Shown here: one piece after another, positions 9,779 through 18,414 of the stretch
Layout: the number at the start of each line of letters is the position of its first letter
Position numbering within the stretch: position 1 is the stretch's first letter
Assembly: GCA_021774575.1 (NCBI GenBank)
Contig: JAJFIX010000023.1
Location: 4,166 to 68,165, forward strand
Direction of reading: 5' to 3'
Source of the DNA: Alphaproteobacteria bacterium
GTDB lineage: Bacteria; Pseudomonadota; Alphaproteobacteria; UBA6615
Length of the DNA stretch: 64,000 nucleotides
The notes under the pieces: generated by a model
Database searches by the model: none
What the model was told of the DNA's origin: nothing
Seen by the model: only the letters and a program-made list of their open reading frames with translations
Position numbers and translations under genes: made by a program

Positions 9779-10576
9779 TTATCCTGCGATTTCATCGATT
9801 AAGGCCGGGATTGATCCTCCCACTTGCCGTAAGATTTCGGCAAATTCCGCGCGTTGGGTCAGCAGGAAACTGCGCCCAGCAAAGGTTGCATCAAGTATGC
9901 GCAATTTGCCGTCGGTGGTAACCACGGACCACAAGACCTCGCCCTGGACGTCTGCGGATGAAAACAAGGACCTTACTTCAATGAGCGTGTCGGTCCGCTC
10001 CACCGCATCGACCTGACGTGCCGAAACAACCTCGATTCGGCCGTTCGGCGGAAATCCCTCAATGAGTTGCTTGGCCAGAAAACCGCCCAGGATTGCTCTA
10101 AATTGATCGCGTTCTCCCTCGTCGGCCTTGTTCCAGGCGCGGCCGAGGACGATCCGACTAATTTCCTGGGTAGCGAACTTTTGGTCGAAGAGATCACTGA
10201 AAAATTGACGCAATAGAGCCGGGCTGTTGGTTTGGTCGTTAAGCGCCGTAATGCTCGTCTGGGCGAGGTCGTTGATAAATTCTGGGGCTAGAGCAATAGA
10301 ATCCTGGCCATTCTGCGCCAATTGCAAAGGGGTGGCGGAGTTGATGGATCGCATATGTTCGGGCGACGATGGTGGGCCGGCCGCTAAGGGGGGCGTTACC
10401 AATGCTGCAGTTATTGCGATTAAAATACCTGCTCCGGCCGCAGTCCTCACAGAACTTGCGAGCAGGGATACGAAATATTTAGCCAACAGATTATTAGGAT
10501 ATTTCACTGAGCACCTATTCGTTAATGTTTTCGATTTTGCCGAAACGGCGAAAATTTGGAATTTAAAAATATTCAT
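9779..10576 (-). CDS. MlaC/Ttg2D-family periplasmic lipid-binding protein, paralog 2
   Basis: Contains LGRAWNKADEGERDQFRAILGGFLAKQL and ILDATFAGRSFLLTQRAEFAEILRQVGGSIPALIDEI, with a hydrophobic N-terminal signal/anchor. Confidence 0.75.
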   Translation of the reverse strand: MNIFKFQIFAVSAKSKTLTNRCSVKYPNNLLAKYFVSLLASSVRTAAGAGILIAITAALVTPPLAAGPPSSPEHMRSINSATPLQLAQNGQDSIALAPEFINDLAQTSITALNDQTNSPALLRQFFSDLFDQKFATQEISRIVLGRAWNKADEGERDQFRAILGGFLAKQLIEGFPPNGRIEVVSARQVDAVERTDTLIEVRSLFSSADVQGEVLWSVVTTDGKLRILDATFAGRSFLLTQRAEFAEILRQVGGSIPALIDEIAG

Positions 10577-10606
10577 GCTGGCGCGAATGGCGCAGCTGTT
10601 TTGCGG

Positions 10607-11341
10607 CTAACGCCCCAATGTTTCAATGAGTCCATCCAAAGATCCTCCATTGCGTTGGAGAATGCGGTCAAAATCTCCCTTTTGCCCGAGAAGAAAGCTC
10701 GTCCGGGCAAAGGTAATATCAAGTATTTTCATTTCACCATCGACCGTTGCCACGATCCATGGAACTCTGGCGGAAAAATTTTGGCCGACAAAAACGGTCA
10801 CTACTTCGGTCTGCGGTAAGCCGAGCTCCGATTGTCCGGCCAGGGAGGCGCCGCGTACCTGAAAGCGACCATCGGGCACCCGGTCAATGATGACGTCGGC
10901 CAAGTGGATCGCCAGCACATCAAGAAAGGCGTCGCGCTGCTCTATCGATGCCGTTGACCAGATGCGACCGAGGACCGCCTGGCCGATTTGCTCCGACGCA
11001 AAAGCCGAGGAAAAAATTTGGCGAAATATCTCATGGGCCAATTGCCGACTTGTCTGGGCTTGGGTCAACGCGGCAAGACCCGCATCGATCACGGTGTCGA
11101 CGAAAATTGACGCGACATTGGTCGGGTCATCTGGCGCCTGAAAAATCCAGCGCGGCCCAATCGGTGTCGCGTTTTGGTTCGCAATTGGGCGAGCGGTCTC
11201 GGCAAAGCCAATGCTTGAAGTGAAAATTGCCACAGCTAGGCAAAATGCCAAACTCGCACCCGCTGTCGCAACAGGGCCGAAGGACACGAGAATTGCCGCG
11301 CCTGCGCGCCTAATTGAGTTATGTATAAATACTGTATTCAC
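10607..11341 (-). CDS. MlaC/Ttg2D-family periplasmic lipid-binding protein, paralog 3
   Basis: Contains LGRIWSTASIEQRDAFLDVLAIHLADVI and ILDITFARTSFLLGQKGDFDRILQRNGGSLDGLIETL, with an N-terminal signal/anchor. Confidence 0.75.
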   Translation of the reverse strand: MNTVFIHNSIRRAGAAILVSFGPVATAGASLAFCLAVAIFTSSIGFAETARPIANQNATPIGPRWIFQAPDDPTNVASIFVDTVIDAGLAALTQAQTSRQLAHEIFRQIFSSAFASEQIGQAVLGRIWSTASIEQRDAFLDVLAIHLADVIIDRVPDGRFQVRGASLAGQSELGLPQTEVVTVFVGQNFSARVPWIVATVDGEMKILDITFARTSFLLGQKGDFDRILQRNGGSLDGLIETLGR

Positions 11342-11671
11342 TGTTCTTTACGTGGCCAGGATATGAATTTTACTAACACTGTCGTGCCGGTTACTCGCTC
11401 ATAGTATCCGTATGGGCATAGTATAGTGTTATATATGTCTTTGTCGCGAAAATTTTTATAAGTTGAGTGAAAGATATATTAAATTGATATTCCGGAAAAA
11501 CACAGAATATGCCCACTTATCGGCCGCCCGCACATGACCCGCACATAAATTGACCAGATCAACCTGCACAATCGCGCAACCGCGTGGTCAGGTGCCAATC
11601 GCTAAGTTACGGCATCATTTGTGTGCGATATCTGGAATGCTGTTCAGAGACCGAGAGCTGTGCACTCAAAA

Positions 11672-11685
11672 TTGACCTGGATCAA
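11672..11685. promoter_or_regulatory. candidate FNR/CRP-family binding site TTGACCTGGATCAA
   Basis: TTGA-N6-TCAA palindrome matching 9 of 10 specified positions of TTGAT-N4-ATCAA. It lies in the AT-rich 500-bp divergent intergenic region, about 160 bp upstream of the ATG at 11843. An Fnr-type regulator with the ETVSR recognition motif is encoded in the downstream operon. Confidence 0.45.
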
Positions 11686-11842
11686 GTTTTTCTTCCAAAA
11701 TTCCAATAAAGACCATGATTAGGCGGAATAAACGGTAAAATGTTGATGCATGTCAATGTTCCACCCGTATTCGGTCACTACTTTTCAATTATCAATATTG
11801 CCATTGTTCTCTGTTCGAGAGCGCTCCAAAAAGGAGATCCCA

Positions 11843-13240
11843 ATGACCCCTAAACTATCAAAACTTTTTCGACTCGTTATTGCCCCGGCGGCTCTGTCTG
11901 TTGCGCTCATGGTTCAGCCGGTGGCCGGATCGTTTGCGCAATCCGACGGCCCCGGCGATGGTTGGACAACGCCGCTTGCCGAGCAACTCGGTGTTCGATT
12001 GGTCCAACGGTTCGATTCCTCGGGTGAAGATGCCTGGGATCCGCTAGCCCATCCCAACGTCTTTATTACAACCGAGGGGCCCGGATATGGCGGCCTGTTA
12101 AGTGGTGTCACCCAGCCGGGTATCGCTATTATTGACTCCGATACCCGTGAAGTTGTGGCTCATCAGAGCTATGACGTTCTCGCCCTTGGCTGGGAAAATG
12201 TGTTCGAACCCCACGGGCTCGGCGTTTCTCCTGACGGGCAATGGATTTATCTGCCAAGTGGCGAGGGATCCTTTTCCTCGGTCGGCAAAGGTCGGTTGCT
12301 GGTCATTAACGCGCGCACACTGAAACTGGACAAAATTTTAGGACTGCGCGGTCAACCCCATCACGCCAAATCCTTCACGATGCCGGACGGAACGGGCCTT
12401 GCCTATGTTTATGGCTGGGGCCAACCGATGTTTGCGATGGACCCCAGTGATGATAATCGCGTTGTCGGGGGATTGGATTTCAATGCAATGGGTATCGAGG
12501 GATATCTATATTTTGCCTCCCCCGAGGGCGACGAGATCATTGCCAGTGGGCGTTTTCGACGCGGTGTAGCGAGAAATGAGTTACATGGCAATGTGATGGT
12601 TCGCATCGATACGTCTGACTGGAGCTTGATTGACTATGTTCCAGTTGCTGACAGCACCCCTGTCTGGGTCTCTTTTAGCGCAGACGGCGAGAATGCGTAT
12701 TTCAGCGGTGGTCACTCTAGCCTCGTATTCAAATACGACCGGATCGGGGACGAGGTGACGTCGCACGCACGCGCTGGCGTTGAAGGTCCGTACGGTGTGC
12801 ATTTAGGTTGGGATGACACCTTCCTTTATGCGGTTGGCAAGGGCGAAGGATCCCACAATCGCGGTAAAGTATTGGGGCTTATCAATACCGATCTGATGGA
12901 TAGGTCAACCCGGCCAATGGATCAGTTTACGACAAACTGCTTGCGTGGCGATCACGGCACGCTTCATCCTGATCCGGATGCGAATGAGTTGTGGATTACC
13001 TGCAATTCGAGCTTTGAAATTGTGGTTTTTGACCTCGACCGTAACGAAGTCTCAGCCAGAATTCCGATGCCGAACGGTGGTAGCACTCACTCCGGCTCTT
13101 TCCTTCAATATGCAGGCTGGAATGGCGAAGTCGTCGCCGACCAGAACGGGCTTCAAGGCAGCGCACTTACCCTGAAGCGCCAACTGCTCGGGTTGGAGGG
13201 TGCCGAAACGGTGCCCGCCGATGAGCTAGTGGGCGACTAA
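11843..13240 (+). CDS. secreted beta-propeller protein with recurrent blade histidines; function unknown, possible metallo(copper)-oxidoreductase
   Basis: The ATG at 11843 is preceded by AAGGAG. Sec signal MTPKLSKLFRLVIAPAALSVALMVQPVAGSFA. Repeated propeller-like segments carry His (EPHGLGVSPDGQWIY, QPHHAKSF, GGHSSLVF, YGVHLGWDD, GDHGTLHPDPDANELW, GGSTHSGSF). The coding call is solid and the functional call is speculative. Confidence 0.7.
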   Translation: MTPKLSKLFRLVIAPAALSVALMVQPVAGSFAQSDGPGDGWTTPLAEQLGVRLVQRFDSSGEDAWDPLAHPNVFITTEGPGYGGLLSGVTQPGIAIIDSDTREVVAHQSYDVLALGWENVFEPHGLGVSPDGQWIYLPSGEGSFSSVGKGRLLVINARTLKLDKILGLRGQPHHAKSFTMPDGTGLAYVYGWGQPMFAMDPSDDNRVVGGLDFNAMGIEGYLYFASPEGDEIIASGRFRRGVARNELHGNVMVRIDTSDWSLIDYVPVADSTPVWVSFSADGENAYFSGGHSSLVFKYDRIGDEVTSHARAGVEGPYGVHLGWDDTFLYAVGKGEGSHNRGKVLGLINTDLMDRSTRPMDQFTTNCLRGDHGTLHPDPDANELWITCNSSFEIVVFDLDRNEVSARIPMPNGGSTHSGSFLQYAGWNGEVVADQNGLQGSALTLKRQLLGLEGAETVPADELVGD

Positions 13241-13283
13241 CGGATCGGCGACGGTAGGAGATACCGTCACCAACACGTCAGAA

Positions 13284-13306
13284 GGGGGATAGCCCCGCTA
13301 TCCCCC
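13284..13306 (+). terminator. strong stem-loop (attenuator or partial terminator) after the first operon gene
   Basis: GGGGGATAGC-CCC-GCTATCCCCC forms a 10-bp perfect stem 44 nt after the stop at 13240. There is no clear U-tract (gcctcttc). Confidence 0.4.
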
Positions 13307-13344
13307 GCCTCTTCAAACCACTGCCCAATTCAGAATTTAGCAAA

Positions 13345-14616
13345 ATGTTTGCGCGACGAATGACCAAGGAGATGGCTGTGCTGAACAAACTGAAATCGAA
13401 TGCCGGATTAGGTGTCATTGCCGGAGCGGCCATTTGCACCACTGCAATTTTCCTTGTTGTTTCAAGCAGCGCCCAATCCCAAGCGCCTGCGATCAGCGAC
13501 GCGTCGCCGCAAGTTGAAAACGGCCGGGACATATTTATGACAGCGGGGGGCGTTGGTTGTGCAGCCTGTCACGGAATTTTTGGTGAAGGCGATGTCGGCA
13601 TCGGCCCTTATGCGCGCGGTGTGAATAGGGCGTCGATCGACGCGGCGCTAGAATCCATTGCCGAAATGTCCTTCCTTCGAAGTTCGGTACGCGGCCAATC
13701 CATCGACGATATTGCTGCCTATACGGAGTGGCTCGGCAATCATCAACTGGTAAAGACCCTCGCCAAGCGCGGCCGTTTTATTCCCGACAGCGTATCCGTC
13801 CGTCCAAACACATTGATCCAGCTGGTTATATCTAATGCCAGCCGGTTTCCCCGCACCTTTGCCAGTGACGATATGGGTATCGGTGAGATTTCCGTGGATG
13901 GACGTGAGGTCGCAGAAATTATCTGGACGTCGCCTAGTGAGGAGGGAACTTTCACCCTACGTTGCTTGGATTGCCGGATTACCGATCAGCAACTTTCTAT
14001 CCAAATTTCGAATGACGCTGCGCCCTTCACCCCCGTTTCTGGGCCACCGGTTGAGGTGGCGAATACGCCTGCACCAGCCGTTCAGACAGCGGCGGATTTG
14101 GACTTGATCGACCGCGGTCGAGATATTTTTCTCAATGCCGGTGAGGTGGGGTGCACGGCCTGTCATGGCTCTTACGCCGAAGGCGATGTTGGAATTGGTC
14201 CTTATAATAGAGGCCTCGATGAAGACGATATTCGTCTGGCGTTGGCTAATGTCGATGCGATGCGTTTCCTGCAGCAACAACTAGACGATGAACAAATTCA
14301 TCAAGTCGCTGCCTATTACGGATGGCTGGGTGATCACCAGCTTTTCAAAACGCGCATGATCCGTGGGCAATTCTTTCCGAATAGAATTCGGGTGGCGCCG
14401 GGGGCGGCTATTCAGTTGGCGATTACCAATCGCGCTCGTTCCCCTGGTGCATTTTTTAGCGCCGACATGGGGATTGAACCCTTCGTTGTCCAAGGTTTGG
14501 AGACGGTCGATTTTTTCTGGACCGCGCCAAGGGTTGAAGCCGAATTCACCCTGCGCTGCGCCGATTGCGCGACATCAGATTGGCTGACCATCGAGACGAC
14601 GCAGGCTGCACGATAG
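13345..14616 (+). CDS. periplasmic di-haem protein: internal duplication of [class-I cytochrome c + cupredoxin-like beta-sandwich]
   Basis: Two CxxCH motifs (CAACH at 13558-13572, CTACH at 14152-14166) lie exactly 594 nt (198 aa) apart. Each is followed by FxPxxxxVxPxxxIQLxIxN ... FTLRCxDC. N-terminal signal/anchor present. Start is uncertain between 13345 and 13378. Confidence 0.8.
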   Translation: MFARRMTKEMAVLNKLKSNAGLGVIAGAAICTTAIFLVVSSSAQSQAPAISDASPQVENGRDIFMTAGGVGCAACHGIFGEGDVGIGPYARGVNRASIDAALESIAEMSFLRSSVRGQSIDDIAAYTEWLGNHQLVKTLAKRGRFIPDSVSVRPNTLIQLVISNASRFPRTFASDDMGIGEISVDGREVAEIIWTSPSEEGTFTLRCLDCRITDQQLSIQISNDAAPFTPVSGPPVEVANTPAPAVQTAADLDLIDRGRDIFLNAGEVGCTACHGSYAEGDVGIGPYNRGLDEDDIRLALANVDAMRFLQQQLDDEQIHQVAAYYGWLGDHQLFKTRMIRGQFFPNRIRVAPGAAIQLAITNRARSPGAFFSADMGIEPFVVQGLETVDFFWTAPRVEAEFTLRCADCATSDWLTIETTQAAR

Positions 14617-14635
14617 GGCAGGAAAGGGAAAAGCT

Positions 14636-16063
14636 ATGACAAATTTGAATGTCGCCAACCGCCCGTCCTTCAAGCCCGTCCGAAGAACTTGGGCCGCTGT
14701 GGGCCGATCCTGGGGAGGGTCGCATCCCCGGCTGGTCGCAATTTTTTCCTTACTTGCCGCTCTCGTCGTCTCGTCTGCTTGGCTAGCATTTCCCTATATT
14801 CTTGAAGGCCGTGGGCTCATTGCCGATGTCGGCGACACGGTGCAGACCGAGCGCCGCGACCGCGCGACTACGGTCGGGCAGCTGCTCACCCGTTATGCCG
14901 ATGGGCTGGGCGGGGCGGAAATCGACATGCTCTACGCGACACCGCGTTTTTTCGAAATCGCGGGGCAAGCCTCAAGCTATGATCAATACCGGCCCGATCA
15001 ATACATTGTGTTTATGATTAATGAGACGACCCATATCGAGGACCTGCCGCAACAGTTGCCCGAGGCGACCTTGATCGTCGATGGAAAGACGTATCAACCG
15101 GTCGATATTGAAGGGCCCATTGATGTCGTTCACCATCGATCCTCAACGGTTCGTTTTGCCGCGATTGACGCCAATGGCCAGCCGATTATTCCTGCCGATA
15201 CAAGCGAAATTGAACTCAGCCTTGTCGGCGATTGGGGCGACGCCGGGATGCCACGTACCGCATCATGGGATTTGCCGATCGATTATGCCGAGACCTATGA
15301 CGCAGGAATTTGGACACCTGTGATGGTTTTTGCCCTTGCGGCGGGCTTGTTGTCGGCAGTTTTGACCCCGTGTTTGCTGCAATTGCTGGCGGTTTATTTT
15401 GTCACCCTTGTTGGAGTTTCGGCTGAGAGTGGTGGTGGTAGTGGCAGTGCTTCTGCCTCCGGCCCTGGGGGCCGAAAAATGTTATATGCAGCGCTGGCGT
15501 TTGTGGCCGGTTTTACAGTTCTCTACACGGTTGCGGGTGCCGCGATCGGCTATGCCGGCAAGGAAATGCAGATATTGTCTGCCGAATGGAGCCGTCACGT
15601 TGGCATTGCGTCGGGACTTTTGATCATTGCAATGGCAATTTGGTTCGGTATCAGGTCGCGGGCACCGATGGTCTGTAAAATCCCGTTGCCCGGCGCGGTT
15701 GCTCGGTTTGACAAACGCGGCGTCATCGGCTCGGCGCTCGTCGCCGCCGGTTTTTCGCTGGGCTGCATGACATGCTTTAGCGGTGCGATTGTCGCGACCC
15801 TCCTCGTCTATGTCGGTGCGTTGGGGAGTGCCTCAATCGGAGCACTGGTTCTCTTCCTGTTCTCGATCGGTGTTGGAATTCCGTTCTTGGCCGGAGCGCT
15901 GTTCCTGTCCCGAGCCACTCGGGCAATGGCATGGGTGTCGAAATTTTCGCCCCAGATCGGTTTCGTTTCGATGGTGCTGATGGCTGGGTTCGGCGTGCTC
16001 CTGATTACCGATAATTTTCACGAAGTGAGCAATCTCATTTACCCATGGCTCGGTTTGGGGTGA
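14636..16063 (+). CDS. membrane protein: N-terminal anchor + ~190-aa periplasmic domain + CcdA/DsbD-like (cytochrome c biogenesis transmembrane region) domain
   Basis: The C-terminal half is polytopic with membrane-embedded Cys (AVLTPCLLQLL and SLGCMTCFSG), as in thiol-disulfide or metal transporters of the CcdA/DsbD family. RBS GGAAAGGGAAAAG. Confidence 0.7.
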   Translation: MTNLNVANRPSFKPVRRTWAAVGRSWGGSHPRLVAIFSLLAALVVSSAWLAFPYILEGRGLIADVGDTVQTERRDRATTVGQLLTRYADGLGGAEIDMLYATPRFFEIAGQASSYDQYRPDQYIVFMINETTHIEDLPQQLPEATLIVDGKTYQPVDIEGPIDVVHHRSSTVRFAAIDANGQPIIPADTSEIELSLVGDWGDAGMPRTASWDLPIDYAETYDAGIWTPVMVFALAAGLLSAVLTPCLLQLLAVYFVTLVGVSAESGGGSGSASASGPGGRKMLYAALAFVAGFTVLYTVAGAAIGYAGKEMQILSAEWSRHVGIASGLLIIAMAIWFGIRSRAPMVCKIPLPGAVARFDKRGVIGSALVAAGFSLGCMTCFSGAIVATLLVYVGALGSASIGALVLFLFSIGVGIPFLAGALFLSRATRAMAWVSKFSPQIGFVSMVLMAGFGVLLITDNFHEVSNLIYPWLGLG

Positions 16064-16105
16064 ACCGGAATGCTGGTTGATTGGTTCCAATTTGGAGGTA
16101 GGAAA

Positions 16106-16447
16106 ATGAAAAAACTTTTGATCCATGCGGCTTTGGCATTCTTTGTCCTGACGCCGGTTGTCCTGGCGTCAGGGGCAGCAAATGCGGCCGAGCGCGATAT
16201 CACGTTGACTGTTCTCATGACTTGCCCGACGTCCGAACCACCGTTGGTCCGAAAAACGCTGCTTGACGTCAATGGCGTGAGCGAGGTCGCGGTATCCTAT
16301 TCAGACAAAAATGCATATGTGATTTTCGATGATGCGGTGACGAATGAAATGGAACTGATTGCCGCGATTAATGAGATTGGGCTGCGGACGTCACGTGATG
16401 AGGATGGGGGGGATATGGAAGCCATGGATGATATGAGCGAAATGTAA
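16106..16447 (+). CDS. secreted HMA-like (heavy-metal-associated fold) protein with degenerate metal motif and Asp/Met-rich tail
   Basis: GGAGG RBS. Signal MKKLLIHAALAFFVLTPVVLASGAANA. MTCPTS replaces the canonical MTCxxC, followed by VNGVSEVAVSYSDKNAYVIFDD (HMA beta-alpha-beta-beta pattern). C-terminus is DEDGGDMEAMDDMSEM. Confidence 0.55.
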   Translation: MKKLLIHAALAFFVLTPVVLASGAANAAERDITLTVLMTCPTSEPPLVRKTLLDVNGVSEVAVSYSDKNAYVIFDDAVTNEMELIAAINEIGLRTSRDEDGGDMEAMDDMSEM

Positions 16448-16490
16448 AAATTGATCGCTCGGGCTTGAGCAAGAGACACGAGGGCAGAAA

Positions 16491-17660
16491 ATGACAAGTT
16501 TCAAATCAATGATGGTCTTAAGCGCCGGATTTCTCCTTTTGGGTACGGCGGTTGCATTCGCTGTGCGAGAACCAAATGTGTCGCTCGCCGTTAGTGATAT
16601 TGAAAAATATGTGTTCGTTCCCAGTTTGGGGTCGGCCGACATTACGGTGATTGACAGTCGGAATAATTCTGTTGTCGGGACGATTGATCTTGACGAAATC
16701 CCGGACCGGTTGGTCGTGTCTTCCGCCGTCGGCCAGCTTATTGTCAGCAATCTAGAAAGTCGCACCGTTACATTGATCGATATAGAGACCGGCGATGAGA
16801 CTGCCGAGATCGCCCTAGATATAACGCCGCAATCCCTGGTCATGAGCCCCGAGGGGTATCTGGTCGCTGTGAGCGATGTTGATGCCGGCGTCGTCGCCGT
16901 GATTTCGTTGCACCGTGGCGTTGAAGTTTCGAGGATAGACAATCTTTCGGCGCCCTCTGGGTTAACTTTCAGCGATGATGGGTCGTTACTTTATGTTCCA
17001 GATGGTGCGTCAAATTCGATCAAACTTATCGATATCGTCCAAGGTAGGGCGTTTGGGGAGTTACCACTATCTGCTGGCAACCCTGATGGAGTAGGCGACC
17101 CGGAAATGCTCAGCGCCGTCACCAGAAGTGCCAATGGTCGCTTTGGCTTTTGCGCCATCGGTCATGCCGAGGAGCTTGCCATATTTGATTTTGGAACCGA
17201 GCAACGGGTCAAGACGCTCAAATTGGGTAACCAGCCTTCGCGGCCTTTCGGCACCGCGGATGGGCGATATATTATGGTGGCAAACAACGGTGATCGCACC
17301 GTGTCGATTATTGATACGCAGACCTTTGATATTGCCGCAACGCTGCCCGGGGCCGCCGATGTTACAGCAATTAACACCGGTTGGTTTGAGACCGTGGCCT
17401 TCGTCATCAGCGAAAGTGAGGACAAAGCGATCATCCTCGACCTCATGGATTTACGTAAATCTGGTGAGATTGAATTACCGAGTTCTCCCGGTCCAGGTGT
17501 CGTGACTCCCGACGCAGCGACACTTTATGTTGCGCTTAGCGATACCGATAGCGTCGCGGTGATCGATACACGGTCACGCCGGGTGACGGCAATTATCGAT
17601 AATGTAGGAACCCAGCCGCGAGGCGCGACAATGGCGCGAACGAATAATTATTGCCATTAG
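16491..17660 (+). CDS. secreted YVTN-family beta-propeller repeat protein
   Basis: Signal peptide. Repeated motifs of the type LYVPDGASNSIKLIDI, IMVANNGDRTVSIIDTQT and LYVALSDTDSVAVIDTRS. Confidence 0.8.
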   Translation: MTSFKSMMVLSAGFLLLGTAVAFAVREPNVSLAVSDIEKYVFVPSLGSADITVIDSRNNSVVGTIDLDEIPDRLVVSSAVGQLIVSNLESRTVTLIDIETGDETAEIALDITPQSLVMSPEGYLVAVSDVDAGVVAVISLHRGVEVSRIDNLSAPSGLTFSDDGSLLYVPDGASNSIKLIDIVQGRAFGELPLSAGNPDGVGDPEMLSAVTRSANGRFGFCAIGHAEELAIFDFGTEQRVKTLKLGNQPSRPFGTADGRYIMVANNGDRTVSIIDTQTFDIAATLPGAADVTAINTGWFETVAFVISESEDKAIILDLMDLRKSGEIELPSSPGPGVVTPDAATLYVALSDTDSVAVIDTRSRRVTAIIDNVGTQPRGATMARTNNYCH

Positions 17661-17704
17661 GCCCGACACCCTAGGTCAGCAACAAACTCGGGAGGTTGTG
17701 CAAA

Positions 17705-18361
17705 ATGAAAGAAAATTTTCGCCTTGGAATATATGGCAGCCTGGGACTGCTGCTTTGCGCCGCTACCGTAGCCGCCCTGTTGCTGATTAATAATCGCTTG
17801 GCGCCTGAAATCTCGGATCCGCCGCTTGAAATTGATGCGGCAATTATCGACCCAGGGGGACCATTTGCACTGGTCGATCATCAAGGAAAATCGGTAACCG
17901 ACCGTGATTTTCTCGGTCGATATCTACTGGTTAATTTTGGTTATACATTCTGTCCCGACATTTGCCCCACGACGCTCGGCCAAATTACCGTCGCGATGGA
18001 CCTGCTCGGTGAGAATGCGAACAAGGTTCAACCCGTGTTTATCACCGTCGATCCGGAGCGGGACTCAATTGAAGTTTTGGCCCGCTATATGAATTTTTTT
18101 CACCCTCAATTGATCGGCTTGACCGGCTCATCCGACCAGATCGCCAATGTCGCCCGGGTCTATATGGTTCACTACGCCCAGGCCGAGAGGGTCGAAGAGG
18201 CAAGCTATTATTCGGTCGATCACAGTAGCTTCATATACCTCATGGGGCCGGAAGGAGAATTTAGGGACGTCATTGCTTATGGAACTCTACCGCAGGAAAT
18301 GGCGTCGCTCATTGAGCGCCATATTTCAAACGATAGCTCGGCGTCCGGGGACGGCCAGTAA
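17705..18361 (+). CDS. SCO1/SenC family copper chaperone / thiol-disulfide oxidoreductase
   Basis: N-terminal TM anchor, CPDICP motif (FGYTFCPDICPTT), and a conserved downstream His (VDHSSFIYLMGPEG). GGGAGG RBS lies before the ATG at 17705. Confidence 0.9.
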   Translation: MKENFRLGIYGSLGLLLCAATVAALLLINNRLAPEISDPPLEIDAAIIDPGGPFALVDHQGKSVTDRDFLGRYLLVNFGYTFCPDICPTTLGQITVAMDLLGENANKVQPVFITVDPERDSIEVLARYMNFFHPQLIGLTGSSDQIANVARVYMVHYAQAERVEEASYYSVDHSSFIYLMGPEGEFRDVIAYGTLPQEMASLIERHISNDSSASGDGQ

Positions 18362-18414
18362 GGGGAAAGCCAGATAGCCGGATAACCGGGGTAACGAAGA
18401 TTGGAGGTAAATCC

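Noticed and set aside
11550-11562. A second FNR-like palindrome, TTGACCAGATCAA.
   Set aside because: Its spacing is TTGA-N5-TCAA (13 nt) rather than the TTGA-N6-TCAA geometry of FNR/CRP sites. I kept only 11672-11685.
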